64,000 nt of DNA from the IMG/VR virus record IMGVR_UViG_3300003690_003472, positions 32,001 through 96,000 of that record; one strand, given 5' to 3'. The position numbers were made by a program, and so were the translations under genes. This document shows positions 39,062 through 48,547 of the stretch, one piece after another. Positions within the stretch are counted from its first letter, which is position 1. Each line of letters starts with the position of its first letter. Source of the stretch: a virus. The notes under the pieces are model-generated. The model had not been told where the DNA came from. It ran no database searches and saw only the letters and a list, made by a program, of their open reading frames with translations.

Positions 39062-39634
39062 ATGTCATTAAAAATAGAGAAGGCTTATGATAAAAGCTTT
39101 TTTTCGCAAGTTGGAACGGAATATGTTTGTACGGGTTTTATGAGTGACCCTCTTCTTCCTTCTAAAATAGGCGGAATTACAAGTGCAGGGTGGGACCATG
39201 TACATGTATTTCAGGTTGACGCATATGGAAACGGGTGGACAACACTTGAGCCTTTTAGCCTTTTTGGCGACACCGGCCCCATAGATAAAGGAAAATATAA
39301 GGACGTATACACTTTATCTTGGATACCTTGGGCTTCGGGATATATATTGAACCAGTTAGAAGCCGGTACAGAGACCAAGAAGACTGAAATTTTAAATGCA
39401 ATTAATCACAAACATCAAATAATTGAGTGGGTTGTACAGAAGGCTAAAAGTCCTTGTTACCCAGATTGCAGCACTGAAGTGAGTGATTTTTCGAAGATAA
39501 CAACAGGCTTGGGGCCTCACTCACATGAATTACAATTACATAAAACAACAACTGGCGCAGTAAGTATGGCGACTGGCGGCGGCGCTTCCACACCTACTAC
39601 CGGAGGCGGCGGCGCAATGGGCGGAGATTATTAA
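39062..39634 (+). CDS. His-rich putative metal-binding protein
   Basis: Three HxH motifs (DHVHV, NHKHQ, PHSHE) plus CYPDC; GAGG RBS. Confidence 0.6.
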   Translation: MSLKIEKAYDKSFFSQVGTEYVCTGFMSDPLLPSKIGGITSAGWDHVHVFQVDAYGNGWTTLEPFSLFGDTGPIDKGKYKDVYTLSWIPWASGYILNQLEAGTETKKTEILNAINHKHQIIEWVVQKAKSPCYPDCSTEVSDFSKITTGLGPHSHELQLHKTTTGAVSMATGGGASTPTTGGGGAMGGDY

Positions 39635-39637
39635 AGA

Positions 39638-42600
39638 ATGCCATTTTTTAAAGACCCAACAACTGGAGAAATTGTCTCAACCGAGGAACTTTTTGAATCG
39701 GCCATATATGAGAAAAACGAATTTGTTTCGATAAAAAGCGCACAGGCAAAAATCACCATAGCTCCTTATAATATGCCAGCAGAGTTCGTATATCAAGCCG
39801 GTAAGACAAGTAAAGACGGCGCTCCCATAAAAATGAAACAAATAGGAGGCACTACTACTTGGATAGCAAAATTTCTTGGTATTAATGCGCTTAAGGAGTT
39901 TGTGATCACCGCAGGAGGCGCCTGGCAGTGGCCAAAGTTCCAGTCATACGCGCACCCCCGCTGGAACCCGTGGAACTATAGCCCGTCAGAGTACAGTTTA
40001 GACGGGATCGTCAATGTTGCTTATCTCGCAGGTAATATGACTGCATTAGTTAATGCCACAGAATCACCTGATGGGGGTCTCTATTTTACAGGATTTACGT
40101 TTGATCCTGCTAGCCCGGGGATTCATAGCCTACCTGTCGATCCCATAAGAAGAGCATTCTTTAGTTTTCTGGAATTTAAAAAGCACAAAGTTCCCATCGG
40201 TGATTTCGAAACTTTTGATACAGATTTTACAGTGCAAATGAGAGCACATTGTAAAGGCGTTGGCTACGCCGCACTTATGGAAATATCTCCAACCGCCAAC
40301 TGGACCCCATCCAGCAATTTCGCAGATTGCGGATATGATGAACCGTTTCCTGGGCACCCCCAAAAACTTAAATATTTTGATTCAGAGCGAGCGTATAATG
40401 ATAAAACAATAGCAAATATTGCTGATTTTGCCGAAAGGTTGACTTTAATATCTGGATATAAAGGAGATCAAATCTTTTCGAAAATGTGGTGGACTCTTCC
40501 GGCCATAATAGAAAAACATATCGATCCAACATATAATCTGTTGTGGGCTTGGGCCCCCCCCGATCCGATTACGGGGGAAGTTCAAAAAAAGATTCAGGAG
40601 GTTGTTGTTGACTCGCCCGAGTTTTATAGGGATTCATATTGTCATATTGATAAACCATTTTTAGAAATGGCCTATCAAGAAGATATTGGCGAAAAAACTG
40701 GTCTTGCTTCTCCTGTAAATATTAAGGCTCACTATAATTTTCGGCTATTGCCATATGAAAATTTAATATCAGACAATCCTAGTACTGGGATATTGATTAA
40801 AACGCACCCCAATGCAACAACAACACATACAATTCCAGAATCAATTCTTCCTAATATATATGCTTTAATTTATGATTGGAAATCTGATGAAGCAAGCTAC
40901 AGATATTCAGATTTAGGATCCTTTATGCCAGTTGCTTGGTGGATGACAGGCGGCCCTGGTCAAACGGGAGGCACAACAAACAACTCATTGGCTTTTTTGA
41001 AGAAAGATAAGGGCCCATGGTTTGCGCCAGCCATAAAGGATAAATTAAGCCCCAACCTTAGTGATCTCGTCGCCATCAGCGAAAACGACATGTTGGTATT
41101 TGGGCGTCTTTTGATGCCTGAAGGTACCGGCATTGCAGCTTATTTAAATAATTTTATCAAAACTTTTAAAGATTTTTCCGATGGCCATGGAACTTTTTCC
41201 GGGGAATGGGGAGGAGGATCTGGTGCCGCTTACGCCCCGGGCGATTGGAAATTTTTTCAAAGCAGGGGCGGCGTTAAATCACCGCAGCGTCAAGTCGCTG
41301 AAAAAAAATACCACATTATAGGAATTTCTGCCGATGAAATGAAGAATTTTACGGATGAAGCAAATAAGTTGAAAAAAATGTTTCCTATGCATATTGATAT
41401 TAATATTCCTGCAGTCAACAAAGGAAAGGTTGGAAAAATACTTTATGAAAATAATTTATTTGATATTTTTATGCAAAATGTTATGGCAGCACTTTGGCCT
41501 CGAACACTTCACGATATGGAAGCCACGCACAGCGTAATTAGTAGTGAGGTAAAGATCAATCCAACAGGTATGGACGGCCCAGCAGTTATTGAAGGCGCTC
41601 CTATAATTAAAAGCGATGCTTATGCTGCAGAGTTCAGTAAAAAAGCGATGGGCAAAGCTTTTTTTACAACTCCAATAAGAAATACTCTTTTTTATGAAGA
41701 CATAATAAAGTTACCTTTAAACTCTATTTTGCAAAGCAGTGATCTGCTTTTAGATTTAGATTCTGCACCTGCTTCTCCCAATGGCACTATCGGATCAGAC
41801 CTGAGCCCGCAACAACCAATTAATTGGTGGTTACAAGGACTTCCTAGTCAATATTGGGAATGGATTACGATGAACGATGCGCCCGAGTATATTCATCAAA
41901 TTAATAAATTTCGCGCCCAACTCCACCCAGAGTTCTCCGGACTATTGGCCACCGATTATACTTTACACGCTAGCGAAGGCAATAATTTGATGGTCGGAAA
42001 ACCAATTATTTTTGGCAAAAAAGGTCAGAATCAACCAAATCTTTTATCTGCTTTGGAGTGGTATACGGCATTAGGACAAATCAGAGCCTTGGTTAATGAT
42101 CGAGTTAGAGGAGTTAAAGAAATATACGAAGGCAAAGAAGCATATGCTGAAGTTTTATTTTATGAAATAGTTAAATACCAATCTCAAATCGGTCCACATC
42201 TAGAGATCCCCGGCGCCGGGGGCAGTAAATATATCCCGCTTGGGGGCCCGTCGCCGTCGCAATCTGACCAAGATAATGATATGTTCGCTATGGCTACTGG
42301 CCCGGGCCGCAATTTTATACAAAGCATTTTTATACCAAACATTCCAGGACAAAACACACTAAATTATATCGATACTCAAGTTAAATTTGATAAGGGATAT
42401 TATTATCAAATTTACGCTCACACCTTTGTTGTTGGAACTCAGTATGAACTTGAAAAGGGACTACATAACCCCAAAGAACACGGCGGCACTTTATCACAAT
42501 GGGACCTTTCTTACAAGGTTAAGCCCGACGTTTCTTTAATGAGGATACCCTATTATAACACATTTGCAACTGCAAACGAAGTAGTCAAAATGAATGCTGT

Positions 42601-43570
42601 AGAATATCAAGATTATACGCAAGCTGTTGAGGAAGACGATTCGCCCGATAAAATGTTGTCACTTTTTAGTGGGAATACATTTAATTTAAATAAGTTAGAA
42701 ACCACATATATGTGGGATAAACCACCGATTTTCCCTGATGTGCAATTTGTTCCTCTTTATGGTGAAAAAAATAAAATATTAATAAATGCTAATTTCAACA
42801 TAGGAGAATATGAATTAAATCCAATTTCTATTATGTGGGGCAATCTTGCCTCCCCCAATACGCCGATAGGCGCGTCCATCAACTTCAATAAAGCAAGAAT
42901 GAATCAACACAAAATACAAGGCAAAATCACTTTCAAAAGTGATGATTTTTGTGGACAAATAGAAATATTAAGAATAGATAAAAAGCCAACCTCTTATCAA
43001 GATTTTTGGCCAGAATCCGAAACACGAATAGCGACAGTTGGTGAGGGTGCTTCTAATTTTGGATTTATAGATGATACTTTAATTCCTAATAAAAATTATT
43101 ATTATATTTTAAGAGAAATAGATTCACACGGCAATTATTCTAATCCATCACCGGTATATATGGTTAGAATTATAAACAAAGAGGCAGAAGCTCCTTATAC
43201 TATTTTTAAAATGTTTTTTATGTCAGAACTCACAGAAAAAAAACCTGCTCATGGAAAAAAATTCATGAAATATATAAGAATTCAACCCTCTTTGAAGCAT
43301 GCTAGTTTTCCCGAGGAGCTTCCCGCCCCAGGTGCACATGTGTTTAAATTCAATAATGTTCAAACTCTTCTTGGGCAAGTTAAGGACATCAATCCGTTGT
43401 CCCCCCAAAAGGTACCCGTATGGGGGCAAAAATTTAGATTTAGATTTACTAGCAAAAAGACTGGTAGGAAATTTGATTTAAACTTGACAGTTAAAGATGT
43501 GGAGACACTAGAAAAGGAATATGCGACCAGTGTTGGTGAACCAGATAAATATAGTTCAGGAAAATGTTAA
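39638..43570 (+). CDS. Large (1310 aa) structural protein, fibronectin/Ig-like C-terminal region
   Basis: Long ORF; C-terminal FIDDTLIPNKNYYYILREIDSHGNYSNPS is an Fn3-like motif; ends RFTSKKTGRKFDLNL. Confidence 0.65.
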   Translation: MPFFKDPTTGEIVSTEELFESAIYEKNEFVSIKSAQAKITIAPYNMPAEFVYQAGKTSKDGAPIKMKQIGGTTTWIAKFLGINALKEFVITAGGAWQWPKFQSYAHPRWNPWNYSPSEYSLDGIVNVAYLAGNMTALVNATESPDGGLYFTGFTFDPASPGIHSLPVDPIRRAFFSFLEFKKHKVPIGDFETFDTDFTVQMRAHCKGVGYAALMEISPTANWTPSSNFADCGYDEPFPGHPQKLKYFDSERAYNDKTIANIADFAERLTLISGYKGDQIFSKMWWTLPAIIEKHIDPTYNLLWAWAPPDPITGEVQKKIQEVVVDSPEFYRDSYCHIDKPFLEMAYQEDIGEKTGLASPVNIKAHYNFRLLPYENLISDNPSTGILIKTHPNATTTHTIPESILPNIYALIYDWKSDEASYRYSDLGSFMPVAWWMTGGPGQTGGTTNNSLAFLKKDKGPWFAPAIKDKLSPNLSDLVAISENDMLVFGRLLMPEGTGIAAYLNNFIKTFKDFSDGHGTFSGEWGGGSGAAYAPGDWKFFQSRGGVKSPQRQVAEKKYHIIGISADEMKNFTDEANKLKKMFPMHIDINIPAVNKGKVGKILYENNLFDIFMQNVMAALWPRTLHDMEATHSVISSEVKINPTGMDGPAVIEGAPIIKSDAYAAEFSKKAMGKAFFTTPIRNTLFYEDIIKLPLNSILQSSDLLLDLDSAPASPNGTIGSDLSPQQPINWWLQGLPSQYWEWITMNDAPEYIHQINKFRAQLHPEFSGLLATDYTLHASEGNNLMVGKPIIFGKKGQNQPNLLSALEWYTALGQIRALVNDRVRGVKEIYEGKEAYAEVLFYEIVKYQSQIGPHLEIPGAGGSKYIPLGGPSPSQSDQDNDMFAMATGPGRNFIQSIFIPNIPGQNTLNYIDTQVKFDKGYYYQIYAHTFVVGTQYELEKGLHNPKEHGGTLSQWDLSYKVKPDVSLMRIPYYNTFATANEVVKMNAVEYQDYTQAVEEDDSPDKMLSLFSGNTFNLNKLETTYMWDKPPIFPDVQFVPLYGEKNKILINANFNIGEYELNPISIMWGNLASPNTPIGASINFNKARMNQHKIQGKITFKSDDFCGQIEILRIDKKPTSYQDFWPESETRIATVGEGASNFGFIDDTLIPNKNYYYILREIDSHGNYSNPSPVYMVRIINKEAEAPYTIFKMFFMSELTEKKPAHGKKFMKYIRIQPSLKHASFPEELPAPGAHVFKFNNVQTLLGQVKDINPLSPQKVPVWGQKFRFRFTSKKTGRKFDLNLTVKDVETLEKEYATSVGEPDKYSSGKC

Positions 43571-43597
43571 TAAAAGGATTGAAAACGATAAAAACTT

Positions 43598-43605
43598 ACT
43601 ATTTA
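43598..43605 (+). promoter_or_regulatory. ACTATTTA intergenic motif (candidate late promoter)
   Basis: The same octamer occurs intergenically at 52901-52908; lies 22 nt upstream of ATG 43628, ahead of an AAGGAG RBS. Confidence 0.35.
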
Positions 43606-43627
43606 ATTAAGATAAAGGAGTATTATT

Positions 43628-44593
43628 ATGGCTTTTTTGGATAATAGCGGTGACATTATATTAGATGCAGTTTTAACAGATGCTGGCAGAAAAAGATTAG
43701 CAGAGGGCGATGGTTCTTTCAGAATCACAAAATATGCCTTTGGAGACGACGAGATAGATTATTCTAACTTTGACGCAAACAACCTTAGTGGTTCTGCTTA
43801 TTATGATTTAGAAATTTTACAAACTCCAGTGTTAGAAGCATTTACTAATAATACCGCAAACATGAAATCTAAGTTGATTACTTTAACAAATAATAATATT
43901 CTTTATTTACCTATGGTTGTTTTAAATCAAATAAATAATAGAACTAAAATGAACAACAATATAGGCTCCGGATCTGTTGTTGTTACCGTAGATCAAGACA
44001 CAACGAGTCAATTCAATATCTTAGACAATGATCAAGGGGGCACATTAGGATTTTTTATTGCAGGAGATGATCCCGGCAGTACCATGTCTAGAGATATTCG
44101 CGTAGATCAAGGATTAAACACTACTGAAATTTCAGATGCTTATAAGATCGATGCTGAATTACAAGAAAATCAATATATTGTTGAACTCGATAATAGATTT
44201 GGCACTATAACGACAGGAATAATAAAGGGGAATGGCAACGATCCCGGTACTCCAACTTCTTTTTCTTTTATTGATGATGATAATATTGCTAGTTATTATT
44301 TATCTACTCCAGCATATGTCAAAAGCACTCCCCCCGCACCAATAAACTCCGACGACGAAACAGCACTGGAAAATAAAGCAATCGCTGGCCCTCGCGGCAC
44401 ACATTGTGTTTTTAGAATTAGGGCCTCCACAAATTTAAGAACTAGCACATATTTATTTGAAAGACTAGGTAGTACCTTTAATCAAGATAGCGATGAATAT
44501 TATTATTTAGATACGACAATAAGAGTAACTGGTGCAACGACAGGATACAAGATAGACATTCCAGTAAGATTTGTAAAATGTAAATCTTGCTAG
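43628..44593 (+). CDS. Tail-collar/baseplate structural protein
   Basis: MAFLDNSGDIILDAVLTDAGRKRLA...ITKYAFGDDEIDY resembles the tail-collar-fibre N-terminal motif LT..G...LA....IT..A.GD. Confidence 0.6.
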   Translation: MAFLDNSGDIILDAVLTDAGRKRLAEGDGSFRITKYAFGDDEIDYSNFDANNLSGSAYYDLEILQTPVLEAFTNNTANMKSKLITLTNNNILYLPMVVLNQINNRTKMNNNIGSGSVVVTVDQDTTSQFNILDNDQGGTLGFFIAGDDPGSTMSRDIRVDQGLNTTEISDAYKIDAELQENQYIVELDNRFGTITTGIIKGNGNDPGTPTSFSFIDDDNIASYYLSTPAYVKSTPPAPINSDDETALENKAIAGPRGTHCVFRIRASTNLRTSTYLFERLGSTFNQDSDEYYYLDTTIRVTGATTGYKIDIPVRFVKCKSC

Positions 44594-44617
44594 AATTTTT
44601 TAAGGAAGGTAAAATAC

Positions 44618-45709
44618 ATGGCTACTACATTTAAAACATTTTTAAACAACGACATCGCAACCACAAGAACACTTCTTCATGAAGCAATTCCTGTGACAGG
44701 TACAATTGTTTCTGGCACATACGCAGACAATAATATTAAAAATTATTCTCACGGCATCTTTCAGTCGGTTTATGATTATCCTTATTTAAGTTCTTCTGCA
44801 AATCATATTTTTGATATTACTGTAGGCTTTAGTACGGGCAGCGATTTCAGTTCTGATACGGATACTCAGCTTAATAAAAAGCGCAATATTTATGATCAAA
44901 TGGCCCAAGTTTTAGTACCTTATGATATTTCTGGTAATGTTAGACCATTTGACCAAGATGGGAACTTATATGAAACAGGAGATGGCAAGATACATGATGC
45001 ATTCTTTCTAAATTTTGCTAGACTGATCACAAAAGATGAAATTAAAAAAGGTAGTTTTGAAGTAGTATTTTTTACTGGCTCTACTTTAGCAACCAGCTAT
45101 TCTGACGAAACGATGACAATTAGTGATTATGGTGCTGCATCTAGTTTTAATGTTAATTCTCCCACTGGAGAATATGGCCTTCTTTATACTAGTTCTGCTA
45201 GTCCTAACGACGACAGCGCCGTAGGGCATGTTTATTATCAAGCAGGTATTGCTGTTATAACTGCTAGTATTTTCACTGATGATTTTCTAGAGCCCGGCGA
45301 CCCTTCCGATGGGATTGAGACACATTGTGAATTCGGCGCACCCGGAGCAACATATGATACTAGTAGCTATGAAGCTGTTTTATCTGCTTCTTCTATTCAA
45401 TCTTTTGCTGATGGTGTTAGAAATAGATTATATAGTTTTGAATTTAATAATACTACTGAACTTAATTCAACGATTTATTTTTGCCGAGCAAACACGGGAG
45501 ATTATAATTATTCTTCGAATCCAACTTATATAAGCGCTAGCAAACTTCGTGTCAAGGGAGACAACCCCTTTGCACAGCCGATTTCATATATAACCACTAT
45601 CGGTCTTTATTCTTCTCAAAACGAATTATTAGCAGTTGCTAAACTTTCAGAGCCACTCAAAAAGACTCCAAGCAATGAGCTAACTTTACGTGTGAGATTA
45701 GATTACTAA
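44618..45709 (+). CDS. Baseplate/tail structural protein (paralogue of 45714..46928)
   Basis: C-terminal NYSSNPTY...YITTIGLY...LLAVAKLSEPLKK...LTLRVRLDY. Confidence 0.65.
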   Translation: MATTFKTFLNNDIATTRTLLHEAIPVTGTIVSGTYADNNIKNYSHGIFQSVYDYPYLSSSANHIFDITVGFSTGSDFSSDTDTQLNKKRNIYDQMAQVLVPYDISGNVRPFDQDGNLYETGDGKIHDAFFLNFARLITKDEIKKGSFEVVFFTGSTLATSYSDETMTISDYGAASSFNVNSPTGEYGLLYTSSASPNDDSAVGHVYYQAGIAVITASIFTDDFLEPGDPSDGIETHCEFGAPGATYDTSSYEAVLSASSIQSFADGVRNRLYSFEFNNTTELNSTIYFCRANTGDYNYSSNPTYISASKLRVKGDNPFAQPISYITTIGLYSSQNELLAVAKLSEPLKKTPSNELTLRVRLDY

Positions 45710-45713
45710 TGTT

Positions 45714-46928
45714 ATGCCATATTATGAATTTAAAAAGAAAAACATTCTTAGAAACACACTAGTAACACATCCTGAATGTATATTCGATATTAACGATAGA
45801 AATATTTATTTAAACAAACTTAGTGCAATCTCTGGTGCTTATGTTGATAATGCAACAATGGTGCCAGTCGGACACACCAGCTTATATGAACTAAACGTTG
45901 ACAGAGATGAGAGCGCTCATACATACGACCCAGAAACTGGTGGTGGTGTTAAATCTTTAATCTTTCCTTTTACTGTAAAAGATAGTAGCCTAACATCTAT
46001 TGGAACAGTTACTGACGCAACTTATAATACTTCATATCAATATGGTGATACACTTACTGGATCTTATCCAATGTCTGCTAGTATAACTAGGGAAAGGTTT
46101 GCCACCGGTGTTACCACTCGAAGTCATATATCAGCTTTAAAAAATACATTAAATTATTATACATATTTAACTAAGTATTATTCCTTTTCATCGTCCTTTG
46201 GTGACAAAGCAACGCAAGAGGCCAATTTAATAAGCATCCCATCTATATTTTTTGATAGCGGCATAAAGCCGGGAACTGTTGATTTGAAATTTTTTATTAG
46301 TGGTACTTTGGTAGCACAAGCAACAGATAAAAATAAGAATGGTGAATTAATTCAAGTTAGTGGTACAGCATATGCTCAAACAAATGGTTCTACCTCTGTT
46401 GCAGGTGTTGTTTTATATAATGAAGGATTTATTTTATTAACTGGTAGTTGGGATTTAACAGAAAATACGTATGATTTTGGAGTAACAAATAGACAGGGCC
46501 AGTGGTGCGATTTTGCGGCCGGTGCCAATGATGGATCTGATATAAGCCTAACTCCTAGTGCAAGTTTTAGAATTGGATTTCAAGGAACAAACGAAATTAC
46601 AACAATGGAAATGTATGCAATTGCACCTAAAGGGTATTTAAATCACTCTAGTAATCCAACTTATAAATCATACACTAGCGCCTCTTTGTGGGGTACTGTA
46701 GGAAGCGTTCAAAGTAGTTCATATATAGAATCTGCAGATGTGCCTATTAAAAATACAATTAGTGGTTCAATTTGCAATTTTTCTTCTTCCTTTAAAAAGC
46801 AAACATTTATTAGTAAAATAGGTATATATGACGATCAAAGAAAATTAATTGCTGTTGCTAATTTAGCCACCCCAGTTAAAAAAACAGAAGAACGCGCCTT
46901 AACTTTTAAGTTAAAATTAGACTTTTAA
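45714..46928 (+). CDS. Baseplate/tail structural protein (paralogue of 44618..45709)
   Basis: C-terminal NHSSNPTY...FISKIGIY...LIAVANLATPVKK...LTFKLKLDF. Confidence 0.65.
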   Translation: MPYYEFKKKNILRNTLVTHPECIFDINDRNIYLNKLSAISGAYVDNATMVPVGHTSLYELNVDRDESAHTYDPETGGGVKSLIFPFTVKDSSLTSIGTVTDATYNTSYQYGDTLTGSYPMSASITRERFATGVTTRSHISALKNTLNYYTYLTKYYSFSSSFGDKATQEANLISIPSIFFDSGIKPGTVDLKFFISGTLVAQATDKNKNGELIQVSGTAYAQTNGSTSVAGVVLYNEGFILLTGSWDLTENTYDFGVTNRQGQWCDFAAGANDGSDISLTPSASFRIGFQGTNEITTMEMYAIAPKGYLNHSSNPTYKSYTSASLWGTVGSVQSSSYIESADVPIKNTISGSICNFSSSFKKQTFISKIGIYDDQRKLIAVANLATPVKKTEERALTFKLKLDF

Positions 46929-46945
46929 AAAGAGATTAAAATAAA

Positions 46946-47494
46946 ATGATATTAGGATTAGATGTTTCAACCAGCATTACTGGTTATGCAGTGTTAGATT
47001 ATGAAGGAAAAATTATACGTTGCGGTGCATGGGATATGCGCAATAAAAACAGATTCAAAGATCATTTTGAAAAGGCGGTTTTTATCAAAGATGAGATATG
47101 CTTGATGAAAGCTCAGTTGCCGATTCAAAATATACATATTGAACAACCTTTTACTTTTTTTAATTCAGGTGGCTCTTCCGCAACAACAATGGCTTCCCTT
47201 CAAAAATTTAATGGTATAGTTTCATGGATTTGCTATGATATTTTTAATATTATACCACAATATTTAACCGCAGGAGAAGCAAGAAAAGCTTGTGGAATAA
47301 GAATCTTAAGAGGGCAAAAAGCAAAAAAAGTTGTTATACGATGGCTACTTAAGGAAGAGCCTGATTTTAAAGTAGAATACACTTCTCAAGGAAATCCAAA
47401 GCCAAAATATTATGACATGGCAGATTCGTTAATAATTGCCAAGGCCGCTCACCGCCTACTTGGTGAGATAAAAACAAAAGAAGGAAATTCTTGA
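46946..47494 (+). CDS. RuvC-like Holliday junction resolvase (RNase H fold)
   Basis: MILGLDVST..TGYAV, IHIEQP and YDMADSLIIA acidic catalytic motifs. Confidence 0.8.
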   Translation: MILGLDVSTSITGYAVLDYEGKIIRCGAWDMRNKNRFKDHFEKAVFIKDEICLMKAQLPIQNIHIEQPFTFFNSGGSSATTMASLQKFNGIVSWICYDIFNIIPQYLTAGEARKACGIRILRGQKAKKVVIRWLLKEEPDFKVEYTSQGNPKPKYYDMADSLIIAKAAHRLLGEIKTKEGNS

Positions 47495-47519
47495 TTTTTT
47501 ATTTTTCTTATGTTATGAT
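47491..47519 (+). promoter_or_regulatory. Sigma70-type promoter with extended -10 (primase, predicted leaderless)
   Basis: TTGATT 47491-47496, 17-nt spacer, TG at 47511-47512, TATGAT 47514-47519; +7 falls on the A of ATG 47526; no SD. Confidence 0.65.
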
Positions 47520-47525
47520 ACGTAT

Positions 47526-48455
47526 ATGAATTCTGAAAAGATTCAAATTCTCAGAGAAATATTGGGAGACTATTATAAGTCAAACGATGAATATTTATTC
47601 TTTTGTTCTTTTTGTGGGCACCACAAAAGAAAAATGTCAGTAAACATATCCAAAAATACATACAAATGTTGGATATGTGACAGTAGGGGTCGGAATTTAT
47701 ATTATCTTGTAAAGAGGTTTGGCAATTATCATCATCGTCAAGTGTGGAGAAGTTTTGAAGAAACTGTCGACATGTCAGATTTTGATAATATATTTGAGAA
47801 AAAAGAAGAAGAAGTAACACAACGAGTTAGACTTCCAAATGAATTTGTTTGTCTTGCAAATACAAACTTACCTTTTACAGCAAAAGCTCCTTTAAAATAT
47901 CTTAAAAAACGCAAAGTTACTGAGTATGATATATTAAAATGGAAGATAGGATATTGTGATGATGGAGAATATAGAAACAGAATTATTATACCCTCTTTTA
48001 GTTTGGATGGATATTGTGATTATTTTATCGCTAGAACTCATACAAAGGATTGGTTAAAATATAAGAACCCACCGGTATCTAAAAATATTGTTTTTAATGA
48101 ATTGATGATTAATTGGAACGAACCAATTACTTTAGTTGAGGGTGTATTCGATGCAATTAATGCTGAAAATTCGGTGCCACTACTAGGCTCAACACTGAGC
48201 ACTCACTCTAAGCTCTTTAAAGCTATTCTGACGCACTCTAGGCGAATATATGTAGCCCTCGACCAAGACGCCGAGAAAAAGGCTTTAAGCATCATTAACG
48301 CGCTTATTTCGCACGGTGTCGAAGTTTACAAAATTAATACATCTGATTATGAAGATGTTGGAGAAATGACAAAAGAACAGTTTAAAGAGAAAAAACAGGA
48401 AGCTTCTTTAATTGATTCAAGTTCATTATTAATTCAAAAAATATTACAAATTTAA
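47526..48455 (+). CDS. DNA primase (zinc finger + TOPRIM)
   Basis: CSFCGHH...KCWIC zinc finger, RIIIP, LVEGVFDAI and VALDQDA TOPRIM motifs. Confidence 0.9.
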   Translation: MNSEKIQILREILGDYYKSNDEYLFFCSFCGHHKRKMSVNISKNTYKCWICDSRGRNLYYLVKRFGNYHHRQVWRSFEETVDMSDFDNIFEKKEEEVTQRVRLPNEFVCLANTNLPFTAKAPLKYLKKRKVTEYDILKWKIGYCDDGEYRNRIIIPSFSLDGYCDYFIARTHTKDWLKYKNPPVSKNIVFNELMINWNEPITLVEGVFDAINAENSVPLLGSTLSTHSKLFKAILTHSRRIYVALDQDAEKKALSIINALISHGVEVYKINTSDYEDVGEMTKEQFKEKKQEASLIDSSSLLIQKILQI

Positions 48456-48456
48456 C

Positions 48457-48485
48457 TTTATACAATAATAAAAGTGTGATACGAT
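48457..48485 (+). promoter_or_regulatory. Sigma70-type promoter with extended -10 (ParB-like gene)
   Basis: TTTATA 48457-48462, 17-nt spacer, TG at 48477-48478, TACGAT 48480-48485; shares AAGTGTGATA with the promoter at 49625. Confidence 0.5.
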
Positions 48486-48494
48486 AATCTTATA

Positions 48495-48534
48495 GCTCGT
48501 AAATGAGCATTTAAATAAGACCCTGTAAATAGGG
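48495..48534 (+). promoter_or_regulatory. Two tandem 4-bp hairpins with identical GTAAAT loops in the predicted 5' leader
   Basis: GCTC-GTAAAT-GAGC 48495-48508 and CCCT-GTAAAT-AGGG 48521-48534, just upstream of the AAGGA RBS. Confidence 0.55.
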
Positions 48535-48547
48535 CAATAAGGAAAAT

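Noticed and set aside
12644-43570. Stop-codon reassignment
   Set aside because: ORFs up to 3288 aa are open in the standard code, and TAA, TAG and TGA all terminate genes at sensible boundaries.
44618-46928. Diversity-generating retroelement (TR/VR pair) among the paralogous tail genes
   Set aside because: Similarity is at the protein level only and not adenine-specific; no reverse transcriptase in the window.
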